Shown: positions 49,301 to 61,300 of the stretch, in pieces
How the letters are laid out: each line of letters starts with the position of its first letter
Position numbering within the stretch: position 1 is the stretch's first letter
NCBI GenBank assembly: GCA_964035545.1
Contig: OZ037768.1
Location: 6,728,741 to 6,792,740, forward strand
Origin: Bugula neritina
Taxonomy: Eukaryota; Animalia; Bryozoa
Direction of reading: 5' to 3'
Length of the DNA stretch: 64,000 nt
Notes under the pieces: generated by a model
What the model was told of the DNA's origin: nothing
The model's database searches: none
The model's input: only the letters and a program-made list of their open reading frames with translations
Program-made: the position numbers and the translations under genes

Positions 49301-52300
49301 TTACATGAAAAACCTAAACTCATGGTTTAATTGCCTTTGAAAAGCACACCCTAACCTTGAATTGTAAACTGGTTTTCTGTACCAGGGATACATTGAGCCT
49401 CTCAGTGAAATGGTTCTTCAAGTTAAGTTCTTCCCTGGAGTACCTGACAAGTTTGAAAAGTCATTTAAGATTCAAGTGGCTCACTTTGAACCAGAGACCA
49501 TAACAATATTCTGTGAAGGAATATTCCCACGGATTTGTCTGGACCTGCCCAGATATTCAGATCCTGAAGGTTTGTCAGATTAATTATTTCTGTTCATTTT
49601 TTGTTTGGTGAAACTCGGTTTTTCATCTCAAAACCTTTAGTGAGCTTATAGTCGCCATCTCCTTGAAAACTCCTGATGGAAATTTTTTTATACAGGCTAA
49701 GGAATTTTTCACTATTGTGGTTTTCTTATTCGTGAAAAGTTTAGTTGAAATTAACTTTGTTTCGACAAACATATCCAACATTTCTAAATTCCATGTTGCT
49801 AGTAACTGCTAGAAAGTTTTGACATTTTTTCAACTCTTTCTTTTATTGGCTTGCTGTTTATTTACAAACTGTAGGTCACTACAAAAACTTGAGCGAAATT
49901 GCAAGAGATAACTTAACTAGTTTGCCTTCCTCAAGCAAAGCAAACATCCTGGTGCTGCACCAGGATGAGCTGAACTACGCTGACCCACTGAGTGAGTTGT
50001 CCCCTCGTGGAGTTGCCGAGGTTCCAGCCCACCAGCCCTCTGAAAGTGAGTTACAGTCGGAGATTGAGAGACTGACTGTCACTGAATACACCAAATCTCA
50101 CTCTATTCCTTCTGCAGAAGACACGCTCGCTTCTCCACAGAGGTCAAAAAATGCAACATCAAAAACGAAATCCAGAAAACGTAAAAACAAGTATGTAATA
50201 AACAGATCAAGAGCAACATTTTTTTCTTATCATGTTATTTTAAACTTTCTTGTCAAATTATTTCTTATCACCTATTCTAAGTGCAACATTCTTTTTCTTA
50301 TAAAATACTCCTTTAATGATTTAGCATGCATTTATAAGTCCATATAATTTATAAGTCCATATACAACAGATTGTATACTTTATCTAACATATTTTTTAAT
50401 TTATTTTTAATTTAAATTTTTTATAATCGTAATATTTTAGGCCGACTTTGCCTGACTATTTACTGGATTTTGGGCACGTCATACTCGGCACTGTGCGCAC
50501 TCATATCGTCAGAGTAACCAACCCGGGAATAGCTCCGGTATCCTTCTCAGTAGATCACAATACTATTGCTGAGAATGGCTTTAACGTTGAGTTAGACAGA
50601 GTAAAGCTGTTGCCCGGAGCTCCAGATCATGAACCTATTGATTTTGTGGTCAGTTTTGATCCTCGGGGAGCCAACCTTGCTCTGGGACCAATAGAGAGTG
50701 TGGTGCCCATCAATGTAAGCCTGTTTTATATATTTGAAAACTTTTTACACAATTGATTAGTTTTTATTGTCGAATTTTTCTACAAATATTACTGAGATAG
50801 CTTGTAACACTGTAAGTTAAAGTATTATATGCACTATTATTATCTATCATGTCACTTGCATTTGTGAACATAAGGAATGCATAATTGCTTTCTTCATTAA
50901 CATGCTTCTTTTTAGTAATTTGCCTTTAATTTGCATACAGTTATGTTATGATATTTTCAAATTAATAATTCAAACATTCGTTCTATTGCCTTTCTTAAAA
51001 GAACTGAGCAACAGCTCATTGCAGCTGGCATGAAATTATATCTGATGACTACCACTAGATTACAGCATTTGTGTATCTTATAAAATATGTGCTAGTGACA
51101 GTGTCAGTGCAGGTTTGTAAGATGTTTGAGAAATGAGCTTAAGATGTTATTTCAACATATAGGCATTTACAATAGCTGCAATGCAACAATTTCAGTCAAT
51201 AGTGTATATAACTGGTAGTAAGCTATGTGATTGGTCCATCTTTGAAAACTTGTGTAACCATTTTTTGCACTCTAATAGTAAAAATTTCAAAAGTTTTATT
51301 CATCAGCTGGAGCCTTTTCTTGTGGTAAATATAATTCAGGAAATGCCTAGTTATATGATGTCTGTATGATTATCAGATCTTGTATGGTCCACAAGTTAAC
51401 CTGAGGCTAAAGGCAAGTATTACAATGCCCGACATGGAGATATCCTCTGATGTATTAGAGTTTGGAGAAGTGAAATGTGGAAACTGTGAAATAATAACTG
51501 TTCAGATACACAACCACAAACAAGTCAGGTGCGAGTGGTCCGCTCTGCCCACTGAAAAAGAGCTTCGAGAGGTAAGTTTAGTAAAGAGCATCAAAGCGCC
51601 AACTATGTTATTCTGAAAGACAATTCAGCAGCAATAGTTTAGTGATGGCAATGAAGCAGGACAAAGCTTATTAGGCAATATTTTTACCACAGTATGGATT
51701 TTCTATTACATATAAAATTTTCAAATTACAGTCACTGTTTAGTATTTATATACTGTATAATTGCTTTATTATTTTAATTGTCGCTGATAATTTAAAAGTA
51801 TAAAAGATCTTGGTTATGTTGTACTTAGAATCTTGGCTCCAGTCATCATCACTTGCATGGTGAAGATTCACTCCAAAATAGAGTCGGTCAAAGTGTTAAA
51901 CCAATCCATTTCAGCCTCTCAAACAAACTACCATATCAAACTATCAAACACATGCGGTCAACCTTTCATCATCTTCATTCTGCTCTTTCTCAGGTTTCTT
52001 ATTTCTCACATGCATTCAGCTGTCACTTTATATCCATCTTCTTTATACTTTGACACCACATGCCTCTTTCACATTAGTGGAAAATTATTTTTGTGTACAT
52101 ATATAATATAAGTTTGTGTCTGTCCAAGTTATCCTAAGAGTAGTTTGTTAGTGAAAATATTGCTTTATGTTATGTGTAGACATTGTAGTTGTTATGGTTC
52201 ATCAAACACAGGCATTTTTATGGTTAATTTTAGCAATCCAGTAGCATAGATAAGCATATGCCAATGCATTTGCGGAGAAAAATGAAACCAGAAAAGCCGA

Positions 52301-55300
52301 AACCCAAGACGTTTGAGTTAATGCCCTCTACTGGTGTGCTCATGCCTGGCCAGAGAGTCAATGTACAAGTCAAGTTTATGCCTACTGAGGAGGTGTGCTA
52401 AAACTATTTAGACATTTGTGCATTTCTCATATTCATTCTGCATATTAAGTAAAACAATGCTTTGGTTATATACTTTTTCTAAAATGCATATATATTTTTG
52501 TTATCTAAAGTATTCATAACTTAAACGTAATACATTTTTATGGTAGTTGCTACCCCTACCGAAATATTTTCTACTGTCTGCTTACAGCGTAATTATGAAC
52601 ACCGACTCATAGTGAGGCTTGCTCAAAGTAGCCAAAGACTTATGGTGTTGTGCAAAGGCAAAGGGCAGGAGCCCCGCCTGGAGTTTAACAGAAACTTGGT
52701 AGAATTTGGACCTGTTCTGCCACACAGTCTTGGCGATGAACAAGATGTCGTTGTGAAAAACCCCTGTGGCTTTCCCATTGAGTTCTACAGCCTTGAGTTA
52801 GACCGACAGTACTTGGAGGAGGAAAAGATTCTCAGGCTAATGAAAGGCTGGGATGAGTACAACACAATTTTGCTTCCACCTCGACCTGTAAACGAAAAGC
52901 TGCCGGAAGAGCTGACTAGCTTCTATGAAGGTATTTCAATTGAAAACATGATGTAACCATGAAGTTTTCAAGTCTTAACTTCAAATACATTTTTATACAT
53001 TTTTTTGGGAAAAAAGTGCAAAGAGGTAATATTTACAATGATGATGTGAAAGTGATTGTATGATTGTATATAAATACTTGCTGCACATGTGCAGAACAAG
53101 TAAAGAAAGTGGAAGAAGCTGAGCAGTTGAAAAAGGAGCAAGCAGAGCTGGCAGAACAGGCTGCTGGTGAGACTAAAGAAGACGAGACAGTCACTGTACA
53201 AGTTCCAACCACTTCTGTCGCAGCACCAGGGCTACAAAGTGGAACTCAGGCCAAATCTGGTGAACAACTTGAAGAGGACGAGGATGACGAAGGTGAGAGA
53301 GCGGCTGTTGATTATACGCATTAGATTTGACATTCTGTATTCTGAAGATGACACAACGAATTTAGTCAGAAATTTCCATCTGCTTTAATAAAAGTTTTAA
53401 TCTATTTTTGTAAGCTATGAATTTTTTTATCTCAATTGAATATTTTTAATTCTGTGAATAATGTGTTTAATAATTAAATCATTTAGAGAAAATCAGAGAG
53501 TCACTAAGTAGTCTAGCTCTGGGAGATCTGGAAGTAACGCCTGTATCGGCAGCTATTGCTAGACACCTTGGTATTGACCTCACACCTGATGGCAAAGCTG
53601 CTAGAAACAGAAGAGGTGTGGCCATCATCGTGCACGGTGCTCCTGTATCAGGTAATATGTAGTGAAAGTAGTTTTTTTAAATTATATGTTTTGCGCATTT
53701 TATTCAGTATATGCATGTATGTAGTTGTGCTTGATGAATTTTACTGCAAAAATATTTGCACCTAAACATAGTGCATACTCTTTTTGTAACTTTCTGATAT
53801 TTGGGGTCTTAAATCAAACCACTTTTTTTCTTTCAGGTAAAACATCAACAGCTGTACAATTGGCTAAAAAGTATTCAACCGCATTGCTGACTATCGATGG
53901 AGTTGTGATTGAGGCTATCTCTAATGGAAACACACCAGCCGGCATGCGTGCCAGAGAGCTGTGTGCAGAGACGGCCAGGAAGAAAGCAGAGGAAATGAAA
54001 GCTGTTGAGACCGAGGAGGATAAGAAACTGGGTGGAGGATTAAGTATGGAGCAAGTACAAGCCCACACAGCTGGCCAGGCGGCTGTTGCTAGCAACCACT
54101 CTAACACCCAAAGTATTATATCCAACAGGAAAACCAGCAGCATGGCCGGTGCTCCTGGTAAAGACAAACATGCTAAGATGATACCTCCAGCTGTCCAGCA
54201 CGCTGGTGGAGCAGCTGTACCTGACGCATCCTCAAACAGTCAGGTATGAATCATTAGATATTATAGTAAAACTACAGTACTGTAGCAGCAACTACAGCAC
54301 TGTAGCAACAATTACGGCACTGTAACATCTACAGCTACAGTACAGTACTTATTGCTACAGTACTTCAGTTGCTGCTACAGCATTGTAGTTTCTAATACTG
54401 TACTGTAGCGGTTCTTATTGTATGTAGTTGCTGCTACAGTACAAAAACTCTAGTTTTTTGCATCTCTACATCAATAATGTAACGTAGACAGTAACTCATT
54501 TGTGTTCTTAAATGTAGATCATGACAGTGCTAGTCTTTTATTAAACTATTCAAGTTTGAAGCTATTTTGTGTACCAATATACAGGAGCATCTGTTACTAA
54601 GAGCTGTAACATCAGCCAATTCTCGGAGACGTTCTACTCTGGACATAAGTAGACATTTTGTATTTAAGAGAACGTCGATTTTTGCAGTAAGATTCACCCC
54701 CGTGTCGTCCATGTTGCACACTTAGCCCTATCTTTGGTTGATCTATCAATGTGTTGTCATAGTGACAAGTTATGTATAGATAAAAATGTGTTCACAACCT
54801 CTTTACTCTATTGCAAAATCTATTTACTGTAGTTTAGCATCTACAATATTAGTTTGTATTAATAGTATATTTGTCTGCTGTTACGTAATCCAATGCAAAA
54901 AGTATGGGATATAGAATTTATATTAGTTACTGTATGCTAACCGTTGTTATCTTTTATCTCTTCTGATACACTCAGTCATATATAACCTTTTTCACTTTCT
55001 GCTTACATCAGAATCACCGGTTCTTGCATGCTCACTAGATTTGACTTGTCGCACTCATAATCTTCTCGGCGTTAATTACTTTTAGAATTCTACCGTTAAT
55101 ACTCACAAAGAAACATTTAAGTCATTTGCCCCCAAACAGCGTGTAGGTGGTGGCAATATCAAATTTGGTGTTCAAAAAGTTAACAGTGCCGCACTCATCA
55201 ACGCTCAGGTTTCTCTGCTCTATATTTACTATTTCCTCTTTCTTTGTTCTTTTCTCTCATTCAGTCTGTTCTCTATCTATCTATTCATAGGTTTTTAACT

Positions 55301-58300
55301 GCAAAGTCATATATTTTTGACCGAATATATTTTTGATGCAATCACTTTGAGCCAGTTTTACAAAAAAGTTTATACAGGTTAAAAGGTTTACTGTAAACAA
55401 ATAGCTAACTTTTTTATGATTTATATTTCCAATACTTTATAGCAGTTTGTAGTATTTGAAATAAAAGAAATATGTCAATTTCTGTCAATAGCATAAATCA
55501 GTTTGAAGCTACAAGTAACTTATAGTTGCTTTGAAGCGAAGTATGTTTTCACATAAAAGCTAGTTGGGCGTTTGAGCTCAGCTTCAACTGTTAGTAATTA
55601 TTTTTAGGCTGCAATGAGCCCACCACCACTAGCAGCTCCTATAGCCAGGAGACTTAGCATTAGTGCCAGTGCAGTTGGAGAAGAGGGCCTCTACTCATGT
55701 GTCCTTCCTGAAGAATTGGTAGTTGAGATTATTGCTGACAGAGTGCAGGTAGGCAATCAGTTTGTTTTTGTTACATCAGAGTTTAATTTATTATTTTGTA
55801 TTGTAACTTCTTTTTGAGAAGTTTTGTATAACATTTTGGTTTCTATTGCTTCACAGTAGAAAAGTTAGGCTTTAATTTATATCAGAAAGATAATAAAAGA
55901 GTTAAATGAAGCCTCCATTTTATAAGATTTGTAACATTCAATTTGTTTAAAGTTTTAGAACTTTTAGCTAATCTAAAATGTAATTGACAAGAAGTCTTGT
56001 ATTCTGAAAAAGTAAGATTTAAAAAGTAAAGCAAAAGTAGATATGTATATTTTGAAGTAATTTTCTTCATTTCGATTATAACTTCCATTTTTATTGCAAA
56101 AAAATTGACATTTGATAGGCCTAGAAAATACCAGAGTCAAACTGCAGATGCAACATCGTCGTAAATATACTGTTATTTGCAATTTAGATTTCATGGTAGT
56201 AAAAAACTTGCCAAGCTGTACATTTGCTCTTTCAGCTCAACGACTGCCACAGTGGAGTGGTGTTTGACGGTTTGGAGAGTCTTTTCTGTCAGAATATGTT
56301 CAGCGCTGCTAACTGTATTCTCAAGGCGTTCAACAACAGGAAATACCTGTTCTTTGTTACTCTGAAGCTAGACTATGCCTCAATGAAAGAGCAGGAGAAA
56401 AAAGACCAAGAAGAGAAAGGTGAAAAGTTGATTTATACACAGAGGAACTTTAAAACCATAAAATCTTATGCTTAAGCAACAAAATATTACATTATTCAAT
56501 AACAAACTTGTAGCATAATAGAAAAATTTTTAAGACAGGGCCATTGTTTTATTTGCTTTTTGTTGAATAGTTTTGTTTTATTTTAGAAAGAAAATTGAAA
56601 GAGGAAGGAGAAGCTGAAAAACTGAGATTAGAAGAGATGGACGAAGACGAATACGATGCTTTGAGCGACGAACAAAAAGCTGAGATTGACAAGAAAAGAC
56701 TAGAGATACGAAGGGAAAGGCGTAAACGGTAAAGATTCTGTCTCTATTTCTCACCAAATTGCAGAATTATTATAGAATACTTGTATTCATGTGTGTCATT
56801 CAATGCATTTATTAAGGTGCTATTTTGTTGTGCCATTTAGTGAGCAAGAAGAAAAACTTGAGCGTGAAAGAATTGAAAGAGAAAAGCAAGAAGCTGAAGC
56901 ACGACGTCTTGAAGAAGAAAGGTACACCATGCTTATGCTTGTTTTTCCTCAGCAGCTGGTTATATGACTAAAAATCTCTTAATGATAGTATTGTTTACTA
57001 AACTTGACAAACAACTGTTATTAACTATAATGCTGCTTTCTGGGCAAAAGACCTTGTATAGTTTAATGTTTTAGCAATTTTTATGAAAGGTTTTATGTGC
57101 TGCTGGATTAAAAATTATTGTTTTTCTAGACACTTCCGTTCAACACTGAAGAGTAAAACGTAATTGTTAAGACTGTGTGGTGTCACAATTAATGTATATC
57201 CTGTAATGTCACCCACACTCCCTAGCTCAACACCGTCTTTTTTTCAATTGTTATATTGCATGATACTTCAGTTACATGTATGTGTTGCAGTTACAAACAG
57301 CAGGGAAATGGAAAATATGCTTCCCTTCTATAATCCTACCAATAAATTTAACTTAAGATAATATACTGATTCTTATGCTGTATTTGTATATTATTGTGTT
57401 ATTCACAAGTTGTTTTGATAGCAATTAGTATAATACAATCACTGAAGCTATTAACCTTCAGCAGTTTTTAGCTTGTGGGTTGCGTACTTATAGGGCTGCA
57501 AAGAAAAAGAAGAAAACAGATAAAGATGACAAAGCTAAAGACACAAAAGATGCTAAAGATGCAAAGGCGCCGGCCGGAGCCAAGGCTAAGGCTGCACCAG
57601 CTGCCAGCAATGACAGAGTAGGAAACACCAAGTCTCAGGGTGGAAGCAAACCACATGAAGATGGCCGACCAGAAAGTCACATGACTCATGGCAGTGGAGA
57701 AGACATGGACAAGTAAGATTTGCTTCATTGGTTATACGTGTTAACAACTCCCAACGACTTATTAGATTGACCTTGACACTTGTTTTGGCTTGTTATTCTT
57801 ATGTTTATGTCTCAGCTAGTATTGTATAAACAAGTTTGCAAAGAGCTGAGACTTTGTTACACAGGAAAAAGAAGGGTAAGATGGACAAGAACAGACCGGT
57901 CTCTAATGAAGTACCAGCAGGTCCTGATGATCCAAATCAAGCTAAAGAACCCGTCACTGAAGCGGAACGACTGCTTATGCAAAGGTACTTGTTTTATGAT
58001 ATTTTTCTGTAGTCACGCTTTGATAAAGCAACGGAATAATTGGTTAATAAACTGTTCTACTGGTGCTAGTCAGGGTCACAAAAATGCGATACTACTTTTC
58101 ATAATATTTAAAGTAATTGCAATTTTCAACTGTTTTAGATTTAAAACATTTGAGGTTAGCCTGAGAGATATAACTGAGCTGGTAGAACGTTGGGATAGAA
58201 CTATCGGAGCCCCAAGACCTACAACTAGCCCCCATCATGAAGGAGACGATCACCATACACACCCTCATTCTGGCCGTAAAGGAAAAAAAGAAAAAGGTGA

Positions 58301-61300
58301 TAAGCATGTTAAGCATGAAGTACAAGAAGTGGCCAAGGTAGAGAAAGAGGTAAGTTTATTACCATCTTTATAAGTTTTCTCAAATTTGATTATTTGTGAT
58401 TTGTATATGCGTGAACATTAAGAAAAAATTACCACCTGCACTTTGCTAAATGTCATAAATGTATCTGAAAATAACGCTTGTTTTAAATGGCAATGCATTT
58501 GCCACATATTTATTAGGTTGAATTGTATTGTACTTTGAAATACTCGCAACCCAACTCATTACATTTTCTATTAGCATGTGACATTACAGGAACGAGTAGC
58601 CATGAATTTAAGTCGCCATAGGCGGGCTCTCACTGCCTCCAGGCACAGTACAACTATTCTTAAAGCAAAACTATTGACGGTAGCCATATTGAATGTTTTA
58701 ATGTTTAATTTACTGTTTATATTTCTTTATTGTATTGGTGTGTTCTCATGTGTATGGAATATATGTGCTGCGGGCATGTCTATGTAATAACCCTTGGTAG
58801 ATTTCTTCCAATATGGACTGCATCTGTTCACATTGATCAACTCTGGCATGTTGTGTACTTTGCACTCACCGAGTTTCCAACTAGTATTAAAATACACCAA
58901 CACTCTGATATAATTTAAGGCTGCAGAAGCTGACCAAGTTGACGGAGAAGAGCCAACTGCGACTGACATGGAGGGAGATGGGCTTGGAGTGACTAATATT
59001 GTATTGGATGTAGCTGATAAGTCTGCCCAGCCATCACAGGTGGCTTTCCTTGTTATATTATCAAACTTACATGCTTTTAATCAATATAGTATTGTTATTA
59101 CAATAAACAAGTATAATACATAATGTAATAGAGATATAAATTAAATATAATATAACTGCTAAAATTACAAGAAAACAATGTAAGTAAGAGTTGATAGTAA
59201 AGTTATATGTTTCTGTATGTAGTATACGTGCTGTTAGAAACTTAGCAGTAATTAATATAAATTAACTTTGGTGATATTACTAGTTTTTGCCCCTAAACAA
59301 ACCTTCATTATGTTTGGATCATAAGCTAATGTTCTGCAGGCTGTGTTACAATCACCAAAGTTACCAGCTATGGAAGAGGTTCTGGATGGGCTTGGTTTGG
59401 GATTCAATGGACCTCCCATCCCTCCGCCTGCCTCCTTCTCAGTTATTCCATATCCTGTCAAACGCAAGGCTCCTGTCAGCGAAGCTGCCAGTCACTACGT
59501 CTTTGTAGCTTCTGGCCCTGAAGACCCGTAAGTTTAGCAGCCTGTGCTGTAGAACTGTGGTATACACAGTGCAGACAATCGTTATATACAAGTCAGTTTC
59601 CAGTGTGTAGCAATACATGGTATATTAGATTTGGTTTTATCTAATTTTCACAACATTTTTTATCTACTTAAACATTTTAAAGTTAATTTGTGAAACTATA
59701 AATTTTGCCAATTTCTTGAGTTGCTTATTGTTGAAAGTTCTATTTTTATTAGCGATCATGGTATATATCAACTAATATTTATTAGCGATCATGGGATATA
59801 TCAACTAATATTTATTAATGATCATGGTATATATCAACTAACATTTTGCAGTTCAATAGCATTTATGTGTGGTTTGCTTGTAGCAATGTAATTAGCGATG
59901 ATAAATCTAAAGAAGATGAAGAAGAAAAGGCCGGTACGCCGGAGGGAAAAGTGGATGCCAGCACTCCGACTGGTAAAAAGAAAGATAAAAAGGAAAAGCA
60001 GAAAGATGACAAGGAAAAGAGAAAAACTAGTGCTGGTAAAGGGAAGTCGTCCACAATTGGTAGGCGTGGCTCTAATGTAATGACCACACCTCCACCTGGC
60101 GGTGCTCAAACACCTGGCTCAGAAGCTGATGGCCAGAGGTGAGCTTTTCTCCATTTCTCTGTTCCCCGTGACTTGGCACATGATATTATGTACTCACCAT
60201 TACTCTGTATTGAGTTGATGTATTTGACAATCTCTTTGCAGCTCATTTGGTGAAGGAGTTGTTGATGGTCGAAATCCTAAGTAAGCTTTTGTCAACTCAA
60301 TTGAGCTTGCCTTAACTAGTTTTGCATTACTTCTTGTGGCAAACCATCACTAACTATATAACTAACAAACTATAAACTGCACAAGCTTGATGCTCATCAC
60401 TTAAATCATTTGATTAATATTCTAATTCTTATCCTTTCTTACAGCTGAAATAATTGTACATGTGTGTAAATATACAAATATGATTGAAAAATTAATCTAA
60501 TACTCTGGTCCTTCGCTTTTAATTTTGAATAATTCAATAACTTTGGATGGTTCCTGGAAGAATTGTGTTTATATATGTTGTTTTTTGTGATTCAAGAAAA
60601 TTAATTTTTTTTCTAAATATTGTGTTTTTGTGAATGGTTTTTTGACAGAATTAAATTTTAAATTAACATATGTTCCATCACAATTTCGGCTAGGATGCCT
60701 ACTTATTACACTGTATTCAGTCATCTATGAAAGCAAATAACATCACATTAAATCTTGCTTAGTGTTTTTCTACGAACTCTCTGTAAATGAGTAAAACTTA
60801 TATATCTGCAATGACTGTGACATTAACCGTAGTCTGGTGGTGATGCACTACATGTAAACTTGCATATTAAATTAAATTTGTGTATTATTGTCTGCTCAAA
60901 TTACACGCATCTATCTTTCATACAGCAAGCAAGTCACTTTTCTCTCCTGTCTTTGCAAATTGTGCTAAGCTAGTGGTTGTTGCATTCACTTTGCAATTGC
61001 TTTTCCTTAACTCGAGTGTGCTATCTGCATCTTTCCACATGTTTTGTGTAAAACAGTGTGTTGCACATATCCGCATGTTTTAGACTAAACTGGTTCCGCT
61101 GGACGGTTCCAGCCAATGGTCAGGTGACAATGAGGTTGAGATTCTTCAGCGAAGACCTTGGCCAATATGACCAGACAATGAACTTTGAAATAGTTGGTAC
61201 GCGTCGCAGGTACCAGCTGTACTGCCGAGGGGTTTGTTCATTTCCCACTATTAGCCGAGAGCCAAGAATTGTCTTCCCCAGTAGGGTCAAATCTAAGAAG

